A stretch of DNA of 64,000 nt from the human T2T-CHM13v2.0 reference genome, Homo sapiens. Shown here piece by piece: positions 22,664-36,150 of the stretch (its first letter is position 1; every line of letters begins with the position of its first letter). The notes under the pieces are model-generated. The model did no database searches and had not been told where the DNA came from. It saw only the letters and a list, made by a program, of their open reading frames with translations. Position numbers and translations under genes: made by a program. The stretch lies in assembly GCF_009914755.1 (NCBI RefSeq), contig NC_060947.1. The stretch is one strand, 5' to 3'.

Positions 22664-25600
22664 TTTTTTAAACTTTTATTTACATTCAGGGGTACTTGTG
22701 CACGATTGTTATATAGGTAAATTACATGCCATGGGAGTTTGGTGTACAGATTATTTCATTACCCAGGAAATAAGCATAGTACCTGATAGGTGGTTTTTTG
22801 ACCCTCACCCTCCTCCTACTCTCCACCCTCAACTAGGCCCCGGTGTCTGTTGTTTCCTTCCTTGTGTTCATGTATACTCAATGTTTAGATCCCACTTACA
22901 AGTGAGAACATGTGGTATTTGCTTTTCTGTTCTTGTGTTAATTTGCTTAGGATAATGGCCTCCATTCATGTTGCTGCAAAGGACATAATCTCATTATTTT
23001 TTATGGCTCCATAGCATTCCGTGGTGCATATATACCACATTTTCTTTATTCATTCTACCATTGATGGGCATCTACATTGATTCCATGTCTTTGCTATTGT
23101 GAATTGTGCTGCAATGAACATACACATGCATGTGTCTTTATGATAGAACCATTTATATTCCTTTGGGTATATGTCCAGTCATGGGATGTACAAATGATAG
23201 TTCTGCTTTTAGCTGTTTGAGCAATAGCCACACTGTTTTCCACAATGGTTCAACTAATTTCGACTCCCAACAACAATGTATAAGCATTCCTTTTTCTCTG
23301 CAACCTCATCAGCATCTGTTATTTTTTGACTTTTTCATAATAGCCATTCTGACTTATGTGAGATGGTATCTCATTGTGGTTTTGATTTGCACTTCTCTAA
23401 TGATCAGTGATGTTGAGCTTTTCTTCATATGCTTGTAGACTGCATGCATGTCTTCTTTTGAAAAGTGTCTGTTCATATTCTTTGCCCACTTTTTAATGGG
23501 GTTGTTGGGTTTTTTTTCTTGTAAATTTGTTTAAGAACTTTATAGACTCTGGACATTAGACTTTTGTCAGATGCATAGTTTGCAAAACTTTTCTCCCATT
23601 CTACAGGTTGTCTGTTTACTCTGTTGGTAGTTTCTTCGGCTGTGCAGAAACTCTTTAATGTAATTAGATCTCATTTGTCAATCTTTGCTTTTGTTGCAAT
23701 TGCTTTTGGCATCTTTGTAATGAAATCTTTGCCTGTTCCTATGTCCAGAATTGTATTGCCTAGGTTGTTTTCCAGGGTTTTTATAGTTCTGGGTTTTACA
23801 TTTAATCCATTTAGTATTTAATCCATCATGAGTTAATTTTTGTATGTGGTGTAACGAAGCGGTCCAGTTTCAATCTTCTGCATACAGCTAGCCAGTTTTC
23901 CCATCACCAATTATTGAATAGGGGGTCCTTTCCCCATTGCTTATTATTGTCAGCTTTGTTAAAGATCACATAGTTGTAGGTGTGAGGCTTTATTTCTGAG
24001 TTCTCTCATCAGTTCCATTAGTTTATGTATCTGCTTTTGTACCAGTACTATGTTGTTTTAGTTACTGTAGCCTTGTAGTATAATTTGAAGTCAGGTAATG
24101 TGATGCCTCCAGCTTTGCTCTTTTTGCATAGAATTGCATTGACTACTAAGGCTCTTTTTAGGTTCCAAATTAACTTTAGAATGCTTTAATTATGTGAAAA
24201 ATGTCATTGGTGGTTTGATAGAAATAGCATTGAATCTATAAATTGCTTTGGGAAGTATGGCTATTTTAAACAATATTGACTTTTTCCTATCCATGAGCAT
24301 GGAATGCTTTTCCATTCATTTGTGACATCTCTGATTTCTTTCAGCAGTATTTCATAATTCATTTTGTAGAGATATTTCCCCTCCCTGGTTAGCCATATTG
24401 CTAGGTCTTTTATTCTTTTTCTGGCTACTGTAAATGGAATTGTTTTCTTGACTTGGCCCTAAGCTTGGATAATGTTGGTGTATAAAAATCCTACTGATTT
24501 TTGTACATTGATTTTTTTATTCTGAAACTGTGCTGAAGTTATCAGATTTAGGAGGTTTTGGCAAAGACTATGGTGTTTTCTAGATATAGAATCATATCAA
24601 CTGCAAACAGAGACAGTATAACTTCCTTTCTTCATATAGGGATATCTTTTTGTTTTCTCTTGCCTGATTGCTCTGGTTAGGACTTCCAGTACTATGTTGA
24701 ATAGGAGTCCTGTGAGTGGGCATCCTTATCTTGTTCCTGTTCTCAAGGGGAATGCTTCCAGCTTTTGCCCATTCATTATGATGTTGGTTGTGGGTTTGTC
24801 ATAAGTGGCTCTTATTATTTTGAGGTATGTTCCTTCAATGGTTAGTTTGTTGAGGGTTTTTAATATGAAGTGATGTTGAATTTTATTAAAAGCCTTTTCT
24901 GTATCTATTGAGATAATCATGTGGTTTTGTTTTTAGTTCTGTTTATGTGGTGAATGACATTTACTGATTTGTGTATGTTGAACCAACCTTGCATCCCAGG
25001 GATGAAGCCTACTTGATTGTGGTGGATTCGCTTTTTGATGTGTTGCTGGATTCTGGTTGCTGGTATTTTGTTGAGGATTTTTGCATCAATGTTCGTCAAG
25101 GATATTGGCCTGAAGTTTTCTTTTCTTTATGTGTCTCTGCCATGTTTTGGTATCAGGATGATGCTGGAATCATAGAATGAGTTAGTGAGGAGTTTCTCCT
25201 GCTCAATTTTTTGGAACAGCTTCAGGAGAAATGGTTCCAGCTCTTCTTTATGCACCTGGTAGAATTCAGCTATGAATCCATGTAATCCTGGGATTTTTCT
25301 GGTTGGTAGGCTTTCTATTACTGATGAAATTTCAGAATTTGTTATTGGTCTGTTCAAGGCTTCAATTTCTTCCTGGTTCAATCTTAGGAAGTTGTGTGTT
25401 TCCAGGAATTTATGCCTTTCTTCTCAGTTTTCTAGCTTGTGTGCATAGAGGTGTTCATAGTAGTCTCCAGGGCTTTATCTATTTCTGCAGAGTCAGTGGG
25501 AATGTCCCCTTTGTCATTTCTGACTGTGATTGTTCCAATAATCCCTCTTTTTTCTTTATTAGTCTAGATAGCAGTCTATAAGTCTTATTTATTCTTTCAC

Positions 25601-28600
25601 AAAACCAACTCCTATAGTCATTGATCTTTTGTATGGTTTTTCACATCTCAATTTCCTTCAGTTCAGCTCTGATTTTGGTTATCTCTTGTCTTCTTCTAGC
25701 TTTGGGGTTGGTGTGTTCTTGTTTTTCTACTTCTTCTAGGTGTAACGTCAGTTTCTTAATTTGGGTTCTTTCTAACTTTTTAATGTGGGCATTTAGCACT
25801 ATAAACTTCCCTCTGTACATTGCTTTAGCTGTATCCCAGAGATTCTGATATATTTTGTTTTTGTTCTCGTTAGTTTCAAATAATTTATTGATTTCTGCCT
25901 TAATTTCATTGTTTACTTAAAAGTTATTTAAGAGCAGGTTGTTTAATTTCCATGTATTTACATGGTTTTGGGGTGATTTTCTTAGTATTGATTTCTATTT
26001 TTATTGCACTGTGATCTGAGAGTGTGGTTGGTATGATTTTGGTTTTTTTGAATATGCTGAGAGTTGATTTGTGGCCGATTGTGCAGTTGATTTTAGATTA
26101 TGTGATGTGTGCAGATGAGAAGAATGTATACTCTGTTGTTTTTGGGGTGAGGGGGTCGGTAGATGTCTGTTAGGTCCATTTGGTCAAGAATCAAGTTCAG
26201 GTCCTGAATATCATTGTCAGTTTTCTGCCTTGATGATGTGTCTTACACTGTGTTGAAGTTTCCCACCATTATTGTGTGGTTATAAGTCTCTTCATAGGTC
26301 TCTAATAACTTGCTTTATGAATATGAGTGCTCCTGTGTTGGGTGCATATATACTTAGGAGATTTAAGTCCTCACATCGAATTAAATTCTTTACCATTATG
26401 TAATGACTTTCTTTGTGTTCACAAAATCATTTTGGTTTTGGTTTAAAGTCTGTTTTGTCTGAAGTTAGAATAGCACCCTCTGCTTTCTTCTGTTTTTTTT
26501 TTTTTTGTTGTTGTTGTTGTTTGTGTGTTTGCTTGGTAGATTTTTCTCTGTCCTTTTACTTTGTGGCTATGTGTGTCATTGCATGTGAGATGGGTCTCTT
26601 GAAGACAGCATGTATTTGGGTCTTGCTTCTTTATTCAACTTGCCACTCTATGCCTTTTAATTGGTGCATTTACTCTATTTACATTCAAGGTTAATATTGA
26701 TATGTGCATATTTGATCCTTTCATCATGTTGTTAGCTAGTTATTATGCAGACCTGATTATGTTGTTGCTTTATAGTGTCAAGTGTCTATGTATTTGAGTT
26801 TGTTTTTGTGGTGGCCAGTAGTGGTCTTTTCTTTCTATACTTAGTAATCCCTTAAGGATCTCTTGTAAGGCAGATCTGGTGGTAATGAATTCCCTTAGTG
26901 TTTACTTGTCTGAAAAGGATCTTATTTCTCCTTTGCTTATAAAGCTTAGTTTGGCTGGATATGAAATTATTGGTTGAAATTTCTTTTCTTTGATAATGCT
27001 GAGTATAGGCCATCAATCTCTTAAGGCTTGTAGAGTTTCTGCTGAAAGGTTTGCTGTTAGCCTGGTGGGGTTCCCCTTGTAGGTGACCGCACTTTCTTTC
27101 CAGCTATCCTTAATATATATTTTTTCATTTCAACCTTGAAGAATCTGATGATTATGTGTCTTGGGGATAGTTGTCTTGTGTAGTATCTTACAGGGGTTCT
27201 CTGCATTTCCTGAATTTGAATGTTGGCTTATCTACTAAGTTTGGGGGAATTTTCATGGACTGTATACTCAAATATATTTTCCAAGTTGCTTGCTTTCTCT
27301 CCCTCTCTTTCAGTGATGCCAGCGAGTCATAGATTTAGTCTCTTTATATTATCCCATATTTCTCAGAGGTTTTGTTCATTCTTTATTTTTTTTTCTTTAT
27401 TTTTGTCGAGTTAGTTATTTTGGAGAACTAGTCTTTGTGCTCTGAGATTCTTTCCTCCTCTTGGTCAATTCTGCTGTTAATACTTGTGATTGTATTATCA
27501 AATTCTTGAAGTGAGTTTTTCAGCTCTAGTACATCAGTTTGGTTCTTAAAATGGCCATTTTGTCTTTCAACTCCTGTATCATTTTTGTTGTATTCCTTAG
27601 ATTCCTTGGATTGGGTTTCAACTTTCTCCTGAGTCTCAATGATCTTTATTCCTATCCATATGCTGAATTCTATTTCTGTCATTTCAACCATTTCAGCCTG
27701 GTTAAAAACCATTGCTGGGGAACTGGTGTGGTTGTTTGGAGGAAGGAAGATACTGGTTTTTGAGTTGCCAGAGATCTTGTGCTAGTTCGTTCTCATTTGT
27801 GTGGGTTGATGTTCCCTCAGTCTTTGATGTTGCTGTCTTTTGCTTTTATCTTCTTTGATGTCGTTGGGGGTTTGATTTTGGTATGAGGTGAGTTCAGTCA
27901 ACTGGCTTCATTTCTAGGAGATTTTAGGGGGCGACAGCTCAGCTTAGAACTCCTAGGCTGCATCTGCTAACTCTCAGGGGCTGGTATCGGGTCTCTTAAG
28001 GTTAGGAACCTGCTTTACTTTAGGGGCCGAGGTGTTTCTGGTCCACTGGCCACAATATTCCAGTGGGCAGTGCTGGCCAAACTGCTTCACTGGGGCAGTG
28101 GCAGTGGTATCTGTGCTTGCTTGCTCATGCCAGCCACTGTGGCAATGTGACAAGGTGCATATGTCTCAGCTGGGGCAGAGTACCAGTGGGAGCAGGGCTA
28201 CAGTATTCTTGCTTGTGCCTGCAGTGGTCGGGGAGGGTCTGCTGGCATCTGTGCACACACTGACACTAGCGGTAGTAGGAGGGAATAGTAAGGTTGCTGG
28301 CATCCCTGCATGTGTTTGTGCCAGCAATGGCAACTTGGCCAGGTGACTGCATATTAGTGGGGAAATGCAGTGGGGTGCTGTTGTGCCAGCAGCAGTGGCA
28401 TGGTGGGGTACACATGTACACGCAAGCTGGTGGGGGAAGGGAGGTGAAGTCTACCCATGCATGTGCATCAGTAAAGTGGTGGTGGGGTGGTCACAGGCAA
28501 GTATGTGCTGGCAAAACAGGATGGGGAGCCTGCAGGGGTTGGGGGGTGGGTTGGTGTGCATTGGCAGGGTCTAGTCTGCTGAAGCTCTCCAATGGCCAGC

Positions 28601-29267
28601 TGTGGCCTGCTGGCAAAGGAGCTATGATGAAGGCCCCTGGGAAGCAATCTGTTTGGGCATCCAAGGCTGCGTTGCAAGCAGATGTGGCCAGGCTACGGCC
28701 CTGGGAGATGCCAGAAGACAGGGAGGTGCTCAGATCTGATTGGCTGTATTTCACAGGCAAGATCATACTGCTGTGTCCAGGCCTGACAGTTGTTGTAAGG
28801 CTGAAGTCTCCTAGAGGAGCATGGTGAGCCTTGAGGGATGGGCATCCCTGGCTGTGCTCCACTGTAGATATTCACACATCAAATCTTCTGGGTTAAGCAC
28901 AGCCTGTAGTACTGGTACTACCACCTCTCTAAACAGCTCTCCCTGACAGCTCAAGTGTCTGTGGGGGGGATGCAGGGTCTGTTGCTGCCAAGATTCTGGA
29001 GATTTGTGGCGAGAGTGGGCCACTCCTCATTGTTCAACTCACCCCTTCTCCAGGATTTGCTGGGGGCCAAGAACAAGTCCCAGTGCCTTGTAATCCAATG
29101 CAAGGTTCCCAGCTTCCTCCTCCTTCAGCGCAGCATCTGATTCTCCCTCCATCCACTCTCAATGCCATCTCTCTGATGATTTGCTGAGAGTGTGTCAGTC
29201 TTCTTGATGTCCTGGTCTCTTGGGAGACGTTTCTCCTGGCTGCATCTATTTGGCTATCTCGGCTCCA
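22664..29267 (-). mobile_element. Near full-length LINE-1, L1PA16-like (~6.6 kb), inactivated
   Basis: 3'UTR 'ggtaaattacatgccatgggagtttggtgtacagattatttcattacccagg'; antisense ORF2 (~22885-26727; [39 protein letters not shown]), ORF1 (~26790-27800; ELKNSLQEF...SINSRIDQEEERISE), GC-rich 5'UTR ending 'tggctatctcggctcc'. Confidence 0.95.
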
Positions 29268-29344
29268 CGTTTTTATGTTTTTAAACTTATTTAGTCACAC
29301 TTATAAGTAAAATTGGGTGCTTGTGCCTAGATGCTATAACCTAA

Positions 29345-29845
29345 GGTGTTGGGTTGCAAGGGGGTGCAATTCTTCACTCCCTTGTTATCCTCACAATGAG
29401 ATTTTGCAGCTCTTTCTATTAATAGATGGAGTCTGTTTCCCCTCTTTCTGAATCTGAGCTGCCCTTGGGACTTGCTTTGGTGACTATTATGAAGTAAAAA
29501 TGACATTGTGTCAGTTCTGAGCCAGGGCTACAAATGTTCATGCTTCTGCCCTCCCTCTTGGACTTTAGCCTGTGTCATGAGAAGAAGCCTGGGAAACCCT
29601 GCTGGAAGATGAGACACCATGTAGAACAGAGACAAGTCATGGCAGCTCAGGCCATCCTAGACCAGACTTCCTCTGACTACCTAGGCAGCTGACCACAGAC
29701 ACTTGAGTAAGCCCAGCCAAGTCCAGAAGTATTGCTCAGCTGAGCCCAGCCCAAACTGCCAATTGTGAACTGAATAAATGGTTATTGCTCTAAGTCATTT
29801 TGTTTTAGGGTGGTTTTTTATACAGCAAAAGCTAACCAATTTGCC
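29345..29845 (+). mobile_element. MaLR LTR (MLT1G/H-like)
   Basis: 'gatggagtctgtttcccctc...gaatctgagctgcccttgggacttgctttgg', 'gctgagcccagcccaaactgcc', 'aataaatggttattgctctaag...cagcaaaagctaac'. Confidence 0.8.
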
Positions 29846-30295
29846 AAAATACCACCATACTACAATTACAAGCCATGCATTTATGTGAAAATAAAGAGAT
29901 TTTAGTTTGAGAATTCAAATTTATGAAGCATAAGTCCCACTTTTCCTCTTGGAATGTTCTGCTTTTAATACTTTATTTGTGGTAGCATTCTATTAAGAGT
30001 TTCTAGAAAAATTTTATATTATTTGACTTCCTATTTTGAAAATTTATATTCAAGAAATAAAGATTAAGAAAAATAAGATTAAGATTGCCCTAGTGTATAC
30101 CACAGTATTATGAGGGCAGTAGAATTTTGAGAAATTTGAGAAATGTTTGATTATTTCTGTAGCTACATAAAGTAGCATGTCCCAGTTCAAAGAGAAAAGA
30201 CTCTCCCTTGTGATATGAGGAAGAGTTAAAAATAGAAAACAGAAGGGTTCTTCTGGGGCTTTTAGTAGTACGTTTTGGATAATAAAATTACTACA

Positions 30296-30400
30296 TGCCT
30301 AGAACACGATAGGAACAATAAAACAGTCACTTATAATCCTGTTTCCCAGAGGTAGTTAACATTTTAGCACATTTCTTTCCATGTTTTAAATATAATTATG
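30296..30400 (+). repeat. 105-bp segment, copy 1 of a local direct duplication
   Basis: Identical to 31089-31194 apart from one extra base in copy 2. Confidence 0.95.
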
Positions 30401-30720
30401 AATGGTTTTTAATCTTTTATAATGTTTTATATGCTGTTTTTCTTTTCTTTTAAAATGCATGTTTAATAGTTTCCCATTAAAATTTTTCTGTAAAATAATT
30501 TTTATTGCTATACAATATTCTATTCTGTGCATATATTACTATTGACTTTAGGTTATATTCCAATAAAATAATGTGTAATTAAATTATCTTTCATAGGAAG
30601 TTGATATAAATAATATGGCAAACATTTCTGTGTATAAATCTCTGTATATGCTTATGTTTCTAGGTATTTTCTTAGGACATATGCCCAGGAGTAGAATTAT
30701 CAGGTAAAACGGCATTAATT

Positions 30721-30962
30721 TGTAGTGGTGCGATCTCGGCTTACTGCAACCTCCACCTCAGCAATTCTTCTGCCTCAGCCTCCCGAGTAGCTTGGACTAC
30801 AGGCATGTGCCACCACGCCCTGCTAATTTTTTGTATTTTTTTTAGTAGAGACGGGGTTTCACTGTGTTAGCCAGAATGGTTTTGATCTCCTGACCTCATG
30901 ATCCACCTGCCTCGGCCTCCCAAAGTGCTGGGATTACAGGCATGAGCCACTGTGCCCGGCCC
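30721..30962 (-). mobile_element. Alu (AluSc/Y-like) lacking its 3' end and poly(A) tail
   Basis: Antisense Alu from 'tgtagtggtgcgatctcggc' to 'gtgcccggcc'; flanking repeat ggcattaat at 30711-30719 and 30966-30974. Confidence 0.9.
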
Positions 30963-31088
30963 ATGGGCATTAATATTTTTAAGGCTCTTGAAATATGTCA
31001 AATTGTCCCTAAAAATGATGGCCTCAATTTCCATTTCTGACTTAAGTGAATGAGAGAGAGTCTTTCAATGCGCCTTCACTAGGTGCAT

Positions 31089-31194
31089 TGCCTAGAACAC
31101 GATAGAGAACAATAAAACAGTCACTTATAATCCTGTTTCCCAGAGGTAGTTAACATTTTAGCACATTTCTTTCCATGTTTTAAATATAATTATG
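31089..31194 (+). repeat. 106-bp segment, copy 2 of a local direct duplication
   Basis: Matches 30296-30400. Confidence 0.95.
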
Positions 31195-33073
31195 CATGGA
31201 TTAAGTATATGCTTATTTTAAAATCTGGGCTATTTTGAAAGACATAAAATAAATCTTACTGCTTTATTTTACTTTTTTACTGACAGTAAAGTTGACTAAT
31301 TTTTCAGGTATTTTACCAATTTTCATTTTTATATTGAAAGAATTTTCTGATTATGTCATTTCCTTCATTTATCAAAAGATTTAAATTCCTGTGAGCTTTT
31401 TATAGATTAAGAATTTTAATCTTTGTCTCACATTTATTGAATATAATACTCCCAACTTGTTTGATTTCTATTTTTGATAAACCTAAGTCTTACATTGCAT
31501 TGTATTATATTGAAGATTCCACTTGATTATTTTTATTACTTTCCAGTTTAGAAAACTTTTCTTAATCCTTAGATCAAATAACTATTCAGCCATTTTATTC
31601 TGTGCTTTTATGTTTTAACTTTTTAATGCTTCTGAATATTTAATCAGAGGGTCAATCATAACTCCCAGTGCTTATGTGTTTAGGAAGAATGAATTACTCC
31701 AGATGAACTGTGGTGGGAGAATCTTTTCTCTTAGGGAACACACACTTAGGGATTAAGTTAAAAGATATTTATTTTAACTTTGACAGTTGAATTTTTTCTG
31801 TCATACTGCTGAACTTCTTTCTAATCCACAGAGGTACAGCACTATCTCCAAGAGGGATGACCTAGATTCATTCTCTGTCTTACAAAAGTTGAGAGGAGTG
31901 AGATCTGTTTCCACATCAGCGATTAGTCTGACCATTGTGATGAGAAACTTAGAACACACGTACCTTCGGGAGACTGAATGGACAATATGGCACGTTAGAG
32001 GTTGGCCTTGATGATTTTTCTAAAAAATAAAATAACTCTAAAGATTGCATATTTTCTTCCTCTTAGTGTTTCCTGATGGCTTCCTAACATAACAAATGAT
32101 TTTCTTTTTTTAATATCAGCTAAACTCATCTTTTATTGCAATATGCTTGGATGTCACTATGCTAAAATTTGAACTAGAGTAATATAACTTATTAGTGGTA
32201 TTGGAGGCTTTATAGAAATTATTTATCATGTATTCTCTACCCACTTCTAAACCTAGAGCAATTTACAAAAACTTAGATACAATGAAGTCAACAAATCTAT
32301 AATTACTAAAGTGTAAGTTCTAAGTAATGGGAGCAAGGGTTGGGATAGAGACGGGAAAGACAAGAGTGGAATAATTAAAACATAAAACAGAGCTAAGAGA
32401 GTCTGGGGTATAATGAATCAAATAACTCTAAGCTTCCTGGAAGCCAAAGTAAAAGGGAAACATAAGGGACACAACAAATTATCAGGAGAGACGATCTCCT
32501 AGCCCAGATCTCTGAGAGAAACTGAACAGTGGGTTGGGAAATTTGAACAATGTAATGAACAGGATCTTCAATACAATTCTGTAACAACTACAGAGACCTT
32601 CTTTATATGCCCATTTTTATATTAGTCCTATATAAGTAATTAAGACATAATGTTAATGGTAGTTTTGTAAATGCATTTTTTGAGGAATCAGTTGAGAAGG
32701 CAATATTGATCAAAGGGAGGATTTGGAATGAGAATTTAAAGCATAGAAGAAGCTGCAGGTTTCAGGGCTAGTTAGTAGAATTCGAATTTGTGAAATCAGT
32801 CTTTTCAGTAGCACATTTGTACGTTATCTGAACATCACTGAAAGAGAGACAAAGTTAAGTTGAGAAGGAAGGGTGGGGGAAACCAAAGAAGGTTTACATT
32901 TTGGATCCAGCGTCCACCATGCTCTTTCACGTGATTCAAGAATCTGTGTTCTTAATGACCACCTTTTCTACTCTTCACACCACATAGAGGTAGATTCTTT
33001 TTTTCTTGGTAAGGATAAGGATACACTGTTGAATTGAACTGGGGTGAAGAGAAGTGACTTAGGAAAATGATGA

Positions 33074-33380
<307 letters not shown>

Positions 33381-33619
33381 CAGAGTTAGTATTTTTAATT
33401 TGAAACCCTATCATCTAATTTCCCTGGATTCCTACCTGAGCCCACTTTTGTCCAGTTTCTTCGTATATTATGACAAGATAGTGTTATCAAAAATACAGAA
33501 AATGAGAGAAAATACATACGCACAATTACATGACTTAAATACAACTCTATATTCAATTTGGATAAACTGTTCTCATTTTAATATATGTGTATGTATATAT
33601 ATGTGAATATATATAAATT

Positions 33620-34000
33620 CTTTTTCTAACTTTTGATTATGGAAAATTTCAAGCACGTGGAAAAGTAGACAGAAAGGTATAATGAATCCATCAATTGTCT
33701 TCTTGCTGCACCAGTTATTGACATTTTCGCCAACTTCATTTCATCTCTCCCACCTGCCACTTTTTCTCAACATTTTATTATAAAACTTTTCTAATATAAA
33801 GAAAAGTTGAAAGATTATAAAATAACATTCATGTGTCCAAGACTTAGATCCTATAATTAACCTTTTCCTATATTTGTTTTATAACATATCTGTCTATCCC
33901 TCCACCTATCCATCCATCAATCTCACTTATATTTTGATTATTTCTAAGTAAGTTGCAGACATCAGTTTTTTTCCCCCAAATACTTCAGCTAGTGAATTTT
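33620..34000 (-). mobile_element. Old L1 3'-terminal fragments (L1MC/L1ME-like, two nested pieces)
   Basis: 'tttgattatggaaaatttcaagcacgtggaaaagtagacagaa' and 'ttttattataaaacttttctaatataaagaaaagttgaaaga...aagtaagttgcagacatcag'. Confidence 0.6.
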
Positions 34001-34011
34001 AGAGTGCATTT

Positions 34012-34475
34012 ATTTATACTTTCTTATTTTGAGGTAAAGGTTACATGCAGTGAAATTCACAAATCTTTAGTGCATTGTTTGATGAGTTTTGACATATGCA
34101 TATTTGACCTATGTAGCCTAAACTCCTATTAAACTATAAAATATAGAAAATAACCATTACCTTAGAAAATCATGCCCCTTCCCAGTCAATTCATGCTTGA
34201 ACCCCTATTGCAAGGGACAGCCACTTTTCTGGTATTTCTTTTTTTACCTTTAGAAACTGATGTTTCTCTTTTTACCTTTAGAAACCGATGTTTCTCTTTT
34301 TACCTTTAGATCAGTTTTATGTACTTTAGAACTTCATATAAATGGATCATGTAGTATATGTTCTTTTGTGTAAGGCTTCTTTCACTCAGATAAATCTCAA
34401 AAACATTGTTTTTTTGATATTTATCAATGTTTTTGAGATTTATCTATATTGCATGTATAAGTAATTTGTTTCACT
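34012..34475 (-). mobile_element. Old L1 3'-end fragment (L1MD/ME-like)
   Basis: 'ttttgaggtaaaggttacatgcagtgaaattcacaaatctt...gatgagttttgaca', 'tagaacttcatataaatggatcatgtagtatatg'. Confidence 0.7.
34233..34310. repeat. 28-bp tandem repeat, ~2.8 copies
   Basis: Unit tgtttctctttttacctttagaaacYga. Confidence 0.9.
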
Positions 34476-35984
34476 CTTCCACTTTAAAAATTATGAAGTA
34501 TTTTATAGCAAATGCACCACGTCCTTTTGCCCCTCAATACTTTCATTTTGTTTGTATTCTAATTTATACATAAGGTAGTCTGCCTCTTGTTTCTCTCATC
34601 ATAATTTTTTCATTTCCCTTCTTTTTTTAAGCCACAGGTCACCCAATGGTTTTGACTGTCTGGATTCCTTATTACTGACACTCTTACATCAACAGGCAGT
34701 TTGTGATAGTACCATGAATGAGGGAAATTTAACATTTTCTCGTTGCATGAAACATGTTTTTGCTATATTAAACTTTCAATGTTCTTTTTCTAGAGAATCT
34801 TTTTCTTCCATAGATGTTTCAAGAAATTTCTGCCCACTTGATTTTCCCACCTCCATCTCTGTCTGCTTCACATCCCAATCATAGCATTACTCCACTCATC
34901 ACTCTATAACAGTAACTATTTTACATGAATGATCCTATCTTCATGGATCCTTTGTTCTGTCATCCATAAGCGGAGAACAATCACAGTAAATGAAGTAGGG
35001 AATAATGGTGAATTAAGAGTGCAATGTTTACTCTACATGAAAGCTCCTTCTTTTCCTGAATATTTTGATATAAATATTTTAAAAGTTGTTTTATACTTTT
35101 TGTCAATTTAAAATTATTTTACTCTCAAATTTCCAGAGAAAAGCTTTTGACCTAAACTACCAGCAGTTTAATTGTGGGACTGGGAATGAACAAGGTGAGC
35201 CTATGTTCCGCTTCACCATAGATGTCAGGTTAATTAGTAAAAACTCTAGAAGGAGAAATTTGGGGATTTAATTTTTATCACCCACTGGGGGAAAAAACAC
35301 CACCTACCAAGACAGTGTTCTCAGTATGTCTGCACCCTGTTATTTCTCCACTTAAAATTTAACATCCAGGATAAAATGCACTCTCTTGGGGGATCACATG
35401 TGGTGACAAACACAGTTACTTCCTCTTTTGCAAGAAGCAGAGAAAGGCAAGTGACTTACTTATTTCTAACATATATTGGCACTCAAAATTTTAAGCAAAA
35501 TATAAAAATTGAGATTTTGTTTCAAAGTATTTCTCATATCATTATATAGTGTATTACATAGTACAATATATGCTTTAAGGAGAAAATAAGTAGTATATCC
35601 TTTGAAAACTACAACAGTTTGAATAAACTTACCATAAAATATGCTAAAATGGATAATATGGAGACATTTATAAAAATGAGCTTTCCAGGATTTGGTAGGG
35701 TTTTCCTTCTTCTATTTAAAAATGGTCACAACAGGGTATGTAGTGGCGCAAAATTATTATGATAATGACATTGCACTTTGGCATAAAAAGAAATGTCTGC
35801 TACAATAAAATGTCTCCCCTCTTTTACCATGTGTCTGTCCTCTTCTCCCATGATATTTCTGTCATGTACCCTAACAAATACTTGTTGAAACAATAAATAT
35901 AGAATACTTGCTGAAATGATAAGTACAAATACATAAGCACAACTTATGTGGATTTAATAAAACATGGCAATTACCTGGGACTAT

Positions 35985-36150
35985 CATTTAGGAGTTTATG
36001 GAATATGTGTAGGTTCATAATCACTTTCATTGTGTTTAATATTCATTCATAAATGAAGTTCAGTGATGTTCGGTGATTTGCTCAAGGTCACAGAGCTGGG
36101 AAAATCAGGACTCAAGCCTCGATCATCTGAGTTTATATCTAGTTTTCTCC
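35985..36150 (-). mobile_element. MIR SINE
   Basis: 'gtgatttgctcaaggtcacagagctggg...caggactcaagcc'. Confidence 0.7.

Larger units (their letters stand above)
30330..31645 (-). mobile_element. Ancient L1ME 3' fragment (host of an Alu and the duplicated segment)
   Basis: 'ataatcctgtttcccagaggtagttaacatttta', 'tttcttaggacatatgcccaggagtagaattatcaggtaaa', 'tttaaggctcttgaaatatgtcaaattgtcc'. Confidence 0.65.

Noticed and set aside
28032-29140. Cluster of overlapping ORFs up to 177 aa
   Set aside because: Lies in a GC-rich L1 5'UTR with few stop codons; no recognisable protein motif
32190-32480. Possible ancient LINE-derived fragment ('cttcctggaagccaaagtaaaagggaaacat')
   Set aside because: Looks familiar but I cannot assign a family or boundaries reliably
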